IMG/VR virus record: IMGVR_UViG_3300031996_000014
Location: 1 to 24,279 of that record
Strand: one strand, 5' to 3'
DNA from: a virus
Taxonomy: Duplodnaviria > Caudoviricetes
DNA length: 24,279 nucleotides
The notes under the pieces were generated by a model. That model did not search any database and was not told the origin of the DNA. It saw only the letters and a program-made list of their open reading frames with translations. Both the position numbers and the translations under genes were made by a program. This document shows, one piece after another, positions 1-7,436 of this stretch. The stretch's first letter is position 1. Each line of letters opens with the position of its first letter.

Positions 1-82
1 CCCCGGGAACCCCGCGGGAACCCCAGGAAACCCCCCCTTCCCCCCCTTCCCCCCCTCTAAGAGAGGGGAAGGGGGAGGGAAG
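1..82. repeat. Short direct repeats (GGAACCCC-like x3, CCCCCCTT x2) and a pyrimidine/purine imperfect inverted repeat
   Basis: ccccgggaaccccgcgggaaccccaggaaacccc; CCCCTCT 52-58 pairs with AGAGGGG 62-68, flanked by CCTTCC/GGAAGG tracts. Confidence 0.7.
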
Positions 83-263
83 CCCCAACGCAGACACCCC
101 AAACGAACCCCTCTGCACCGTCTGCGACACCCCCCTCACCGGCTACCGACGAGACCGCGGATACGACACCCACCTCGGATGCGACCCCGAAACCGGCAGC
201 CACCCCGACCGACCCGACCACGGACACAACCACGGGACGGACAAACACCACGGCGCCGCCTGA
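3..263 (+). CDS. 3' end of a gene truncated by the window edge; probably a phage replication protein
   Basis: Frame 3 open from base 3 to TGA 261-263: PGTPREPQETPPSPPSPPLREGKGEG...LCTVCDTPL...HLGCD...HHGAA*. Pro-rich repeat-laden linker plus CxxC..H..C tail. Function inferred from position and repeats only. Confidence 0.55.
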   Translation, partial: PGTPREPQETPPSPPSPPLREGKGEGSPNADTPNEPLCTVCDTPLTGYRRDRGYDTHLGCDPETGSHPDRPDHGHNHGTDKHHGAA

Positions 264-317
264 CCGCCCGTCATCCGGTTACAGCCAGCCACGCGCAATC
301 ACTCAAGGAGACACACC

Positions 318-674
318 GTGACCGACCAGACCACACCCCAGCCGCTCACCCCGGAGATCGTGACCGCGATCGTCCGCGACATGGACGACCCCCGGTACCC
401 GACCCGCATCACCGTCTACTGCGACCACTGCGGCGTGCAGAACACCGGCGAGTACCTCGTCCGCGAGGACATGACGAGTCGGGAGCGGCTCGCCGTCGCC
501 CGCCGGTATCTCGTCGAGACCGAGGGCTGGGAGCACACGGCCGACGGCGACGACTTCTGCCCGGCCCACGCCGCGCCGGCCGCCGAGGAGACGCACGTCG
601 TCGTCGACAGCTCGGACGACCCGGAGCACGCTGACGACTGCTCTGGCTGCGAGACCGCTGAGGCGCAGCAGTGA
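318..674 (+). CDS. Hypothetical Cys-rich phage protein
   Basis: AAGGAG RBS before GTG; CDHC...CPAH and C-terminal HADDCSGC; stop overlaps next start (GTGA). Confidence 0.8.
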   Translation: MTDQTTPQPLTPEIVTAIVRDMDDPRYPTRITVYCDHCGVQNTGEYLVREDMTSRERLAVARRYLVETEGWEHTADGDDFCPAHAAPAAEETHVVVDSSDDPEHADDCSGCETAEAQQ

Positions 675-1054
675 CCGGCCGTCAGATCGCCCTCGACACC
701 CAGCCCCGCCGCATCCAGCGCCGCCGTGTGAAGGGCTGGCGCGCCCCCCACGGCGCCGTCTACGTCGGCCGCGGCTCCCGCTTCGGCAACCCGTTCACCG
801 TCGCTGGCGCCCTGGAGTGGGGCGGTGCAGAGACCAAGGCGCAGGCCACCGAGCTGTGCGTCCGCGCGTTCCGTTCCTGGCTGCGCGGTAACCGCGACTG
901 GTGGATGGGCCCGGAAGCCGACGCCACCCGCGATCGCATCGCTGAGGGGCTGCCGCAGCTGGCGGGCCGGGACCTCATGTGCTGGTGCCCGCCCGGTCAG
1001 GCCTGCCACGCCGATGTGCTGCTGGAGCTGGCGAACGGAAGCAGCACCCCGTGA
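671..1054 (+). CDS. DUF4326-family protein
   Basis: Motifs RIQRRRVKGWR..AVYVGRGSRFGNPF and LAGRDLMCWC....CHADVLLELAN. Confidence 0.85.
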   Translation: MTGRQIALDTQPRRIQRRRVKGWRAPHGAVYVGRGSRFGNPFTVAGALEWGGAETKAQATELCVRAFRSWLRGNRDWWMGPEADATRDRIAEGLPQLAGRDLMCWCPPGQACHADVLLELANGSSTP

Positions 1055-1065
1055 ACACGAAGCCA

Positions 1066-1092
1066 GCCGCCCCTGGATCTAGCAGGGGCGGC
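1066..1092 (+). terminator. Intergenic GC-rich hairpin (terminator or processing site)
   Basis: GCCGCCCCTG-gatctag-CAGGGGCGGC, perfect 10-bp stem just after the 1054 stop; no U-tract. Confidence 0.5.
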
Positions 1093-1130
1093 CGGTGCCC
1101 CCGATCTTCCCACACCACCAGGAGACGAAC

Positions 1131-1505
1131 ATGACCGGACCCGCCTGCGGCAACAACCCGCACCACCAGCTGAGCGACGGCGACCGCCAGGCCGTCGAGG
1201 ACTTCAAGACGTACCTCGCCGATCGTGCGGCCGAGTTGCTCGCCCTCGCCACCGTCCTGGAGATCCCCCGCCCGGGCACCGCCCTGCCCCTGCAGCTGCG
1301 CCGCTCGTACGGCCACGCCGACCGATGGGCCATCTGTGACCGCGAGGGCCGTCGTTGGGACCGGGAGCTGAACTGCTGGGTGTACGAAGCCGAGGGCATC
1401 CGAGACGAGGCGCTGCGCGACGCCACCCGGTACACGCTCGCCGAGGCTGTACCGCTCGCCCGGAAGCTCGCCGCCGGGGCGCGGCAGGACGGGGCCCAGC
1501 AGTGA
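1131..1505 (+). CDS. Hypothetical phage protein
   Basis: AGGAG RBS then ATG 1131 (MTGPACGNNP...); typical codon bias; GTGA overlap with next gene. Confidence 0.8.
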   Translation: MTGPACGNNPHHQLSDGDRQAVEDFKTYLADRAAELLALATVLEIPRPGTALPLQLRRSYGHADRWAICDREGRRWDRELNCWVYEAEGIRDEALRDATRYTLAEAVPLARKLAAGARQDGAQQ

Positions 1506-1731
1506 TCGCCGAAGCCGTAGACACGATCATCACCCTCGGCTGGGCCTTCATCGCCTGGCTCGCCCTCCTCGCCGCCGTCATCACCCTCGCCCTCTGGACC
1601 CTGCTCATCCTCGCCGTCGGCACCATCCGGCTCGCTTGGCGCACCCTCAGCCCCGGCCGGCGCCCGGCCTGGGCCCGCGGACGCATCGCCGCCCGCCGCT
1701 ACGCCGGCCCCGCTACGAGGAGGCAGCCTGA
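1502..1731 (+). pseudogene. Small membrane protein with an apparent frameshift near its 3' end
   Basis: GTG 1502 overlaps the upstream stop; hydrophobic LGWAFIAWLALLAAVITLALWTLLILAV. A natural-looking end RYEEAA* (TGA 1729-1731 coupled to ATG 1731) is in another frame; the start frame runs on to 2011 across the HNH gene. Confidence 0.55.
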
Positions 1732-2090
1732 TGCCCATCCGCCCCGAGAACCGGCACCGGTACCCCGCCGACTGGCCACAGATCAGCCTCCGCATCCGCA
1801 CCGAACGCGCCGCCGGCCGCTGCGAGTGCCACGGCGAATGCGGACGCGGCACCCACACCGGCCGCTGCCCCAACCGCAACGGCCTGCCCGCCTACGGCAC
1901 CGGCTCCCGCGTCGTGCTCACCGTCGCCCACCTCGACCACACCCCCGAGAACTGCGACCCCGCCAACCTCCTCGCCATGTGCCAGGGCTGCCACCTCCAC
2001 TACGACCGTGACCACCACCGGCAGACCGCCGCCGCCACCCGCCGCGCGGCGGTCGAGGCCGCAGGCCAGCTCACCCTGGGCCCGTCGTGA
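1731..2090 (+). CDS. HNH-type endonuclease-like protein
   Basis: RCEC...VLTVAHLDHTPENCDPANLLAMCQGCHLHYD: H..N..CxxCH pattern; GAGGAGG RBS. Confidence 0.85.
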   Translation: MPIRPENRHRYPADWPQISLRIRTERAAGRCECHGECGRGTHTGRCPNRNGLPAYGTGSRVVLTVAHLDHTPENCDPANLLAMCQGCHLHYDRDHHRQTAAATRRAAVEAAGQLTLGPS

Positions 2091-2203
2091 CCGCCCGCCT
2101 CCTGGGCGTCGCCGTCGCCGCCCTCCCGCTCATCAGCCTCGCCCTGCTCGGCCTCGGCCGGGCCGGACGCGCCCTCACCAACCTCACCAGGAAGCACCGA
2201 TGA
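2087..2203 (+). CDS. 38-aa single-pass membrane peptide (not in ORF track)
   Basis: MTARLLGVAVAALPLISLALLGLGRAGRALTNLTRKHR*; fills the gap exactly with GTGA and ATGA overlaps. Confidence 0.65.
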   Translation: MTARLLGVAVAALPLISLALLGLGRAGRALTNLTRKHR

Positions 2204-2544
2204 CCCCAGCCCAACGCACCGCCCGCGGCTGCACCATCACCGCCGCCGTCATCAGCGGCACCGCCATCTACGCCGGAGCTACCAACCCTCTCCTCGCGCT
2301 ACCCGGCCTCCTCACCGCAGCGATCTTCGCCTCCGTCGCCGCAACCTACCGAGCGGACGAGGCGCGGCAACGGGCCCGGCGCGAGCAGTCGGAAGCCGCA
2401 GCCGCCGCCGACGACCAGGCCCTCCTCCGGCCGCCGGACGCACGCGCCCAGCTCGACACCGGCTGCTGCGAACGCTGGTGGACGTCGTGCGGCTTCGACC
2501 ACGACCCGACCTGCCCGATGAGCGAACACCGGAGCGCAGCATGA
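2200..2544 (+). CDS. Hypothetical membrane protein with C-terminal Cys/His cluster
   Basis: ATG 2200 (MTPAQRTARG); two hydrophobic segments; CCERWWTSCGFDHDPTC. Confidence 0.75.
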   Translation: MTPAQRTARGCTITAAVISGTAIYAGATNPLLALPGLLTAAIFASVAATYRADEARQRARREQSEAAAAADDQALLRPPDARAQLDTGCCERWWTSCGFDHDPTCPMSEHRSAA

Positions 2545-2765
2545 GCGACCGTCACACCGTCGACTCGATCACCAGCGACGAACTCGACGCTCTCTACGAC
2601 CTTCTCGACCGACGTCGGGAACGTCTCGTCCAGCAGAGCCACAAGCTCCAGGAGCTGAAGCGGGACAACTTCGCGCTGCGGATGGACCTCGTCGCGCTCC
2701 TGGAAGACAAGTTGCCCTCGGAGATCCAGCCCGGGGAGATCAGCGCAGCACGGAGGACCCGATGA
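2541..2765 (+). CDS. Hypothetical coiled-coil protein
   Basis: GGAG RBS, ATGA overlap, MSDRHTVDSITSDELDALYD... Confidence 0.75.
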   Translation: MSDRHTVDSITSDELDALYDLLDRRRERLVQQSHKLQELKRDNFALRMDLVALLEDKLPSEIQPGEISAARRTR

Positions 2766-3436
2766 CCGACCAGCAGACCACCGCCGAACTCGCCGACGAA
2801 GCTGAGCGCTTCAAGCGCGACTACCTCAACGCCTGCAAGACCATCGCCGACATGCACGCCGCCGCCACCGGCTACGTCGGTGGCCCGGAGCGGGGCGTCG
2901 TCGAGGACGTCGCCGACGTGCGCGCCCGCATGCTCGCCGCCGAGGAAGCTCTCGCCAACGAGCAGCGCGCCGAGCAGACGGAGGCCGGGCGGCTAGCCGC
3001 CGACAACATGCTGCGCGCGGTCTGCGCGGTGTTCGGCGGTCCCCATCAGGACCCGATCGTGAAGGCGCGCGAGACGCTGGCCCGCGCCGAGAAGGCCGAG
3101 GCCGCCCTCGACCGGGTGCGCGACGTTCTCAACTCCGCCTACCGGACCATGGTCCACGACTCCCGCGACTGGGCCCGCGACCGCCGCGACGCCTGGCTCT
3201 ACGCCATCCTCGTCGGCTGGATCTGCGAGGACGACCACGCCCACGACGATCTGTGCATGGGCGACGAGCCGCTCATCGAGACCGCCCAACGGCATGGCTG
3301 GGACGAGGAGACGGTCACGCGGCTGCGCGCCTACCGCGCCGCGATCGCCGCGCTCGGCATCGACGGGGTCGGACAGCCGGTGACCGCGGCTGAGATGCCG
3401 ATCATCCTGCCCGCCGACCAGACCACGGAGAAGTGA
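2762..3436 (+). CDS. Hypothetical helical phage protein
   Basis: GGAGG RBS, ATGA overlap, 224 aa with typical codon bias. Confidence 0.8.
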   Translation: MTDQQTTAELADEAERFKRDYLNACKTIADMHAAATGYVGGPERGVVEDVADVRARMLAAEEALANEQRAEQTEAGRLAADNMLRAVCAVFGGPHQDPIVKARETLARAEKAEAALDRVRDVLNSAYRTMVHDSRDWARDRRDAWLYAILVGWICEDDHAHDDLCMGDEPLIETAQRHGWDEETVTRLRAYRAAIAALGIDGVGQPVTAAEMPIILPADQTTEK

Positions 3437-3717
3437 CCATGGCCACCGTCTCGATCTACTCCGTCAAGCTCCAGTGCGACGGGTGCGGGAAGCAACTCAA
3501 CGACGGTGAGCACTTCGGCAGCGCCATGGATGCCCGAGGCGTCGGCTACGGCAAGGGATGGCGCTTCCCGGCCATCTTGAGCAAGACGACCGGGCGCCCC
3601 CTCAGCAACCGCAACTCCGACGTCTGCCCGGACTGCCTGCCGGGCTGGGAGAACCGAACGGGCACCAAGCAGTCGTACCGCGAGCGCCGCGACGGGAGCG
3701 TCTGGCCGAACTCCTGA
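3433..3717 (+). CDS. Small zinc-finger-like protein
   Basis: CDGC...CPDC; start GTG 3433 or ATG 3439. Confidence 0.75.
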   Translation: MTMATVSIYSVKLQCDGCGKQLNDGEHFGSAMDARGVGYGKGWRFPAILSKTTGRPLSNRNSDVCPDCLPGWENRTGTKQSYRERRDGSVWPNS

Positions 3718-3817
3718 GCACGACGAAGGGGCGCGCCCACTCGACCTCCCCAGGCCAGGCACGCCCCATCCGGTGGCCATCACGATACGCCGCCCCACCA
3801 GCACCATGGAGCCTCCG

Positions 3818-4582
3818 ATGACCACCACCTCCTCCATCGCCACGAACCTCCGCACCTGCGCAATGCACTGGACCGACCTCCACGAAGCCGCCGGCGCCCC
3901 CGCGCAGATCGGCGGCTTCGGCCTCGGCCTCCGCGGCTACCTCGCCCGCCTCGACCAGGCCGACGCCGAGCAGATCGAGTACGAACGCCACCAGGCCGCC
4001 CACCTCCGCAGCCTGGAGCGCGACCCGATCCAGCTCGGCGAGCGGCCCGTCCCCGTCCGACTGCACGTCCTCGACACGATGCGCGCCGTCGAGGCCGCCC
4101 TCGTCCAGTGCGCCGACGACACCGCCCACGCCGTCCAGCGCGCACCCATCGCCGGGCCGACCGCGCGCCGCACCGCGACGCACCCGTACCTCACCCAGCG
4201 CGAGGCCGACATCGCCGCGGCCGACCGACGCCGCCGCACCGAGCTGGCCGAGGCGGACCTCGTCGACCCGCGCCGCTGGAAGTACACCGGGAAGCGGACC
4301 GCGCCGCACGCCGCGCTCTGGCTGCTTGCCCGCATCGAACGGGCGCCCGGACCGTGCCGCCGACTGGCCGAGGACGAGGAGGCCCGGATCGGGACCGTCG
4401 CCGCCGGCGCCGCCGCCCGAGTCGAGCGGGCCCTGGACATCGCCGCGCAGCGCCGCACGCTCGAGGAGCCGTGCGCATGCGGCGGTCTGATCGACGTGCA
4501 TGGCGGGGAGGGCCGGGTGCCGGTCGCGCACTGCACCGGGTGCGGGCGGATCTGGACGGAAGGCGGGGTGATCGCGGCATGA
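3818..4582 (+). CDS. Phage protein with C-terminal zinc ribbon; possible late-gene regulator
   Basis: GGAG RBS before ATG 3818; CACGG...CTGCGRIW at the C-terminus; last large gene of the rightward early block. Regulator role is inference. Confidence 0.75.
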   Translation: MTTTSSIATNLRTCAMHWTDLHEAAGAPAQIGGFGLGLRGYLARLDQADAEQIEYERHQAAHLRSLERDPIQLGERPVPVRLHVLDTMRAVEAALVQCADDTAHAVQRAPIAGPTARRTATHPYLTQREADIAAADRRRRTELAEADLVDPRRWKYTGKRTAPHAALWLLARIERAPGPCRRLAEDEEARIGTVAAGAAARVERALDIAAQRRTLEEPCACGGLIDVHGGEGRVPVAHCTGCGRIWTEGGVIAA

Positions 4583-4677
4583 GCCGGGAGCAGCGGCGCC
4601 TCGTACTGCGGCTGACAGGCTGGGTGCTGCTGATCTCCGGGCTCGCAGTCGTGGCCTGGGTGGCCGTGACATCCTGA
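4579..4677 (+). CDS. 32-aa single-pass membrane peptide
   Basis: ATGA overlap; MSREQRRLVLRLTGWVLLISGLAVVAWVAVTS*. Confidence 0.55.
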   Translation: MSREQRRLVLRLTGWVLLISGLAVVAWVAVTS

Positions 4678-4777
4678 CCGTGGCGGTCCGGAAGACCGGG
4701 TAGCGGCCGGTGCCGGTGGGATACGGGAGCCCGCCCGGACCGCCCTGAACAGCACGACTCTCGCGTTACCAACCGAC

Positions 4778-5122
4778 TCAGGCAGTCGCCGCGCCCAAGG
4801 CATCGCGCAGCCGACGGTTCGTCTCGCGGAGCTGCCTGATCTCGGCCTCCAACCCAGCGCATCGACGGCACTCGTCACCAACCGCCTGAGAAGGCACTGC
4901 CGCAACGGATCCGGACCAGCCTCGTTCCGCCATCAGCCGTGCAACATCGGACCGGTACAACCGCGCGGAGCCCCGCGAGCCGAGGTGATCAGCGATGCGG
5001 AGTTCGCCGCGATCGATGCAGCCGCGCAGGACTGCCCGGGTCACGCCCGCCATCGTGTATGCCTCGACCTGCTGGATGATGTCGTCCCCGCCCTCGGGTC
5101 GGGGCGTCTGGTTGTTCGTCAC
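4778..5122 (-). CDS. MerR/excisionase-like HTH protein with C-terminal coiled coil
   Basis: EAYTMAGVTRAVLRGCIDRGEL...RLYRSDVARL followed by CRRCAGLEAEIRQLRETNRRLRDAL; start uncertain (GTG 5122 chosen). Confidence 0.6.
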   Translation of the reverse strand: MTNNQTPRPEGGDDIIQQVEAYTMAGVTRAVLRGCIDRGELRIADHLGSRGSARLYRSDVARLMAERGWSGSVAAVPSQAVGDECRRCAGLEAEIRQLRETNRRLRDALGAATA

Positions 5123-5192
5123 GGCCAACCAACCAAGCAACCATCAACTCGGACACTCGCCGGCGACAGACGTCACCCGACTAGCTCAACGC

Positions 5193-5408
5193 CTAGTGGT
5201 TCCAGACGTCCGGCCCGCCTCCACGCCACTCGATCAGCGGCGAGCGGACCACGTCCATCTCGTCGAACGACTGCAACCCGGCCTGCTGCATGAACGCCGC
5301 CACGTCCTGCACCGAGTACGCGAGCCCGGAGATCGTGCCGTCGATCCGCACCCGCCGGCCGCCGGACTCGTCGGGCGGGTACACGGTGACGGGGCGATCA
5401 GAGGCCAT
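5193..5408 (-). CDS. Small hypothetical protein
   Basis: PVTVYPPDESGGRRVRIDG...IEWRGGGPDVW; compact sequence with minus-strand codon bias. Confidence 0.75.
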   Translation of the reverse strand: MASDRPVTVYPPDESGGRRVRIDGTISGLAYSVQDVAAFMQQAGLQSFDEMDVVRSPLIEWRGGGPDVWNH

Positions 5409-5449
5409 GAGCCCAGCCTCGCCCCGGGCCCGGGCAGGCGCACGGCGGG

Positions 5450-5686
5450 CTACTCCGCCGAGTCCTCCTCCTGGTGCCGGACGGCACGCTTCACGGTCAT
5501 CTCGACCTCGTAGCGGGACTGTCCGGTGGCGGTGGCGTGGTCGGTGATGGCCGCCTGTGCGGCGGTCGCGGCCTCTCGCCAGGCGCGGCGCTGGGCGTCG
5601 TACTCCTCGCCGTCGAGGCCGGCGAGACGGGCGCGCTGTTCTTCGGCCGCGCGTTCCAGGGCGATCAGATCATCGGGGATATCCAC
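5450..5686 (-). CDS. Small helical hypothetical protein
   Basis: GTG 5686: MDIPDDLIALERAAEEQRARL...RYEVEMTVKRAVRH; minus-strand codon bias. Confidence 0.75.
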   Translation of the reverse strand: MDIPDDLIALERAAEEQRARLAGLDGEEYDAQRRAWREAATAAQAAITDHATATGQSRYEVEMTVKRAVRHQEEDSAE

Positions 5687-5761
5687 GGCTGTGGATCTTA
5701 CGTCCGGGCATGAGGTTGCCCCCGGCTCGGCGCGCGAGACGGGGGCATCGGTGCGCACGGG

Positions 5762-6088
5762 CTACGACTGAGGCATACCCGGGAGCAGAGGAGGGAGAGC
5801 CGGGCTGCGGTGCACCTGGTTGTACTTCGGACGCTCCGTGATGATGGCCTGCTTCTCAACGGCCTTCGCCGCTTCCCGGCTCGCGTACCAGTGGACGTCG
5901 TACCGGTACGCCTCGGTACGCCACCACGGCTTGCTCCCGTGCTCACTCCACCGGATGGTGAGATTGTTCGTGATGCCGACGTACAGCAGCGCGTCGTCGG
6001 CGTCGAAGATCCGGTACACGCAAGTCTCAGGCGACGGCTTCCGCCAGTCAGCGAGTAGCCCGCTTTCGACGCGAATCGGTACAGTCAC
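5762..6088 (-). CDS. Stand-alone GIY-YIG endonuclease
   Basis: CVYRIFDADDALLYVGITNNLTIRWSEH...EKQAIITERPKYN: Tyr/Tyr/Arg/His/Glu/Asn pattern present; GGAG RBS upstream of GTG 6088. Confidence 0.85.
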   Translation of the reverse strand: MTVPIRVESGLLADWRKPSPETCVYRIFDADDALLYVGITNNLTIRWSEHGSKPWWRTEAYRYDVHWYASREAAKAVEKQAIITERPKYNQVHRSPALPPLLPGMPQS

Positions 6089-6149
6089 AGTGCACTGACT
6101 CCATACGGTGCTCACGGCCGGGCGGTCTTCCACACCGCTCGGCCTCTTC

Positions 6150-6419
6150 TCATTCAGGTGACGGCTTGGCGTCCGGATCGTCGGCGATGATCTGCCGGAC
6201 ACGCCCGAAGCTGACGCCGATCTCGTCAGCGATCTGCCGGTAGCTCATGCCGCGCTCGACCATCTCCAGCACAGCGTCGCGCCGCTCCTTCCGGACCTTC
6301 TCGCCCACCGACTTCAGCAGCTCGGTCAGCCTCTTGGCCCGCGCTTCCGGGGGCTCCCCCTCGGTGACCGCGTCGATCGCTTCCAGCACCCGCCGCACCT
6401 CCTCTGCCCGGTCGTCCAT
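6150..6419 (-). CDS. Small HTH DNA-binding protein (sigma70 region-4-like), probable repressor of the divergent operon
   Basis: GMSYRQIADEIGVSFGRVRQII HTH; divergent from 6615 across palindromic sites. Confidence 0.85.
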   Translation of the reverse strand: MDDRAEEVRRVLEAIDAVTEGEPPEARAKRLTELLKSVGEKVRKERRDAVLEMVERGMSYRQIADEIGVSFGRVRQIIADDPDAKPSPE

Positions 6420-6464
6420 GTCCGTCCCTTCCCGGGGCTTGGGAGGCGGATCTTCCTTACCGTC

Positions 6465-6503
6465 TTGTGTAGGACCCTACACGGCGTGTAGCTTCCTACA
6501 CAA
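6465..6503. promoter_or_regulatory. Overlapping divergent promoters with two palindromic operators
   Basis: + strand TTGTGT-N18-TAGCTT; - strand TTGTGT-N18-TAGGGT; operators GTGTAG-N4-CTACAC at 6467-6482 and 6486-6501; outer 10-bp IR TTGTGTAGGA/TCCTACACAA. Confidence 0.75.
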
Positions 6504-6614
6504 CGGTTCGAGGGACCCCCTCCGACCGTGATCAACAACAAGTACGGCCCCGGTCGGTGTGTGAGAGCCCGGCCGGGGCCAGCCATCCCACCTGCATCAC
6601 CAGGAGGAACGACC

Positions 6615-6836
6615 GTGGAACACGGTATCCGCACCACCCAGCCCCAGCCCACCCCCCGCGTGGTCCACCACGCCAACGGGCTCGCCTTCCGCGTCATCGA
6701 CCCCGACAGCTACACCGCCCGCATGGCCCGCGACGTCCACCCCGTCACGATGACCGACGGCACCGTGTGGACCGTCGGCCAGCCGGTCGGCTGGCACGGC
6801 ACCTCGGCCGCCTGGCGTCCGGCGGTGGCCGCATGA
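6615..6836 (+). CDS. Hypothetical protein, first gene of the divergent operon
   Basis: AGGAGG RBS, GTG 6615 (MEHGIRTTQ...), ATGA overlap with next gene. Confidence 0.75.
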   Translation: MEHGIRTTQPQPTPRVVHHANGLAFRVIDPDSYTARMARDVHPVTMTDGTVWTVGQPVGWHGTSAAWRPAVAA

Positions 6837-6985
6837 GTGAGCAGCAGCCCGAGGCCGAGCAGGACCTCACCCCGCAGTCGAGCCCGATCCTCCATCAGCC
6901 CGCCACCGTCGAGGCCTGCCAGGCCGACTACGCGGCCGCCGCCGACATCCGCGCCCGCCTTGGCTGGACGGACGGGACCGCCTGA
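6833..6985 (+). CDS. 50-aa hypothetical protein
   Basis: MSEQQPEAEQ...PATVEACQADYAAAADIRARL; ATGA and TGATG coupling. Confidence 0.7.
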   Translation: MSEQQPEAEQDLTPQSSPILHQPATVEACQADYAAAADIRARLGWTDGTA

Positions 6986-7173
6986 TGCCCCTCCACGTCA
7001 TCGACGAAAACGCCGTCCTCCCCGAGATCGGGGAGCACGGCAACACCGTCCCCGTCCGCGTCCTCGACGACGACGGCCACCAGGCCCGCGTCCAGATCGA
7101 GGGGTGCGGCATCCACCTCCGGCAGGGCGCCGTGCACGCCGTCCCGTCGACCGCGGTGAGGAGGGCCCGCTGA
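6985..7173 (+). CDS. 62-aa beta-rich hypothetical protein
   Basis: TGATG coupling at both ends; alternating hydrophobic strands (VPVRVL, ARVQIE). Confidence 0.7.
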   Translation: MPLHVIDENAVLPEIGEHGNTVPVRVLDDDGHQARVQIEGCGIHLRQGAVHAVPSTAVRRAR

Positions 7174-7364
7174 TGGGCTGGTTCTCCCGCGCGCAGTCGA
7201 GCCGCGACTACCCGGCCGCCGGCACCTCGGTCAGCGGCGACGCCGGCCGCTTCCGCAGCCACAAGACCAGCGGCGCCCGCCGCGCCGCCCGCGAAGGCCA
7301 GGCGTGGGAGGACCGCGACCGCGCCCGCGACCGCCGCGGCGGCTGGTACCGCTCCAGCCGCTGA
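7173..7364 (+). CDS. 63-aa basic hypothetical protein
   Basis: GAGGAGG RBS; MGWFSRAQSS...GQAWEDRDRARDRRGGWYRSSR*. Confidence 0.7.
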   Translation: MGWFSRAQSSRDYPAAGTSVSGDAGRFRSHKTSGARRAAREGQAWEDRDRARDRRGGWYRSSR

Positions 7365-7381
7365 CCTGCCCTACCCAGACC

Positions 7382-7418
7382 GGCCGCCCCCGCCTCGTCC
7401 CCCGTCGCGGGGGCGGCC
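7382..7418 (+). terminator. Intergenic 12-bp GC hairpin
   Basis: GGCCGCCCCCGC (7382-7393) / GCGGGGGCGGCC (7407-7418). Confidence 0.5.
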
Positions 7419-7436
7419 ACCCCAGGAAGGACCCCG

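Noticed and set aside
1731-2090. HNH gene as a terminase-associated (cos-cutting) HNH
   Set aside because: Over 10 kb from terminase, among early genes, and the TerL type suggests headful packaging.
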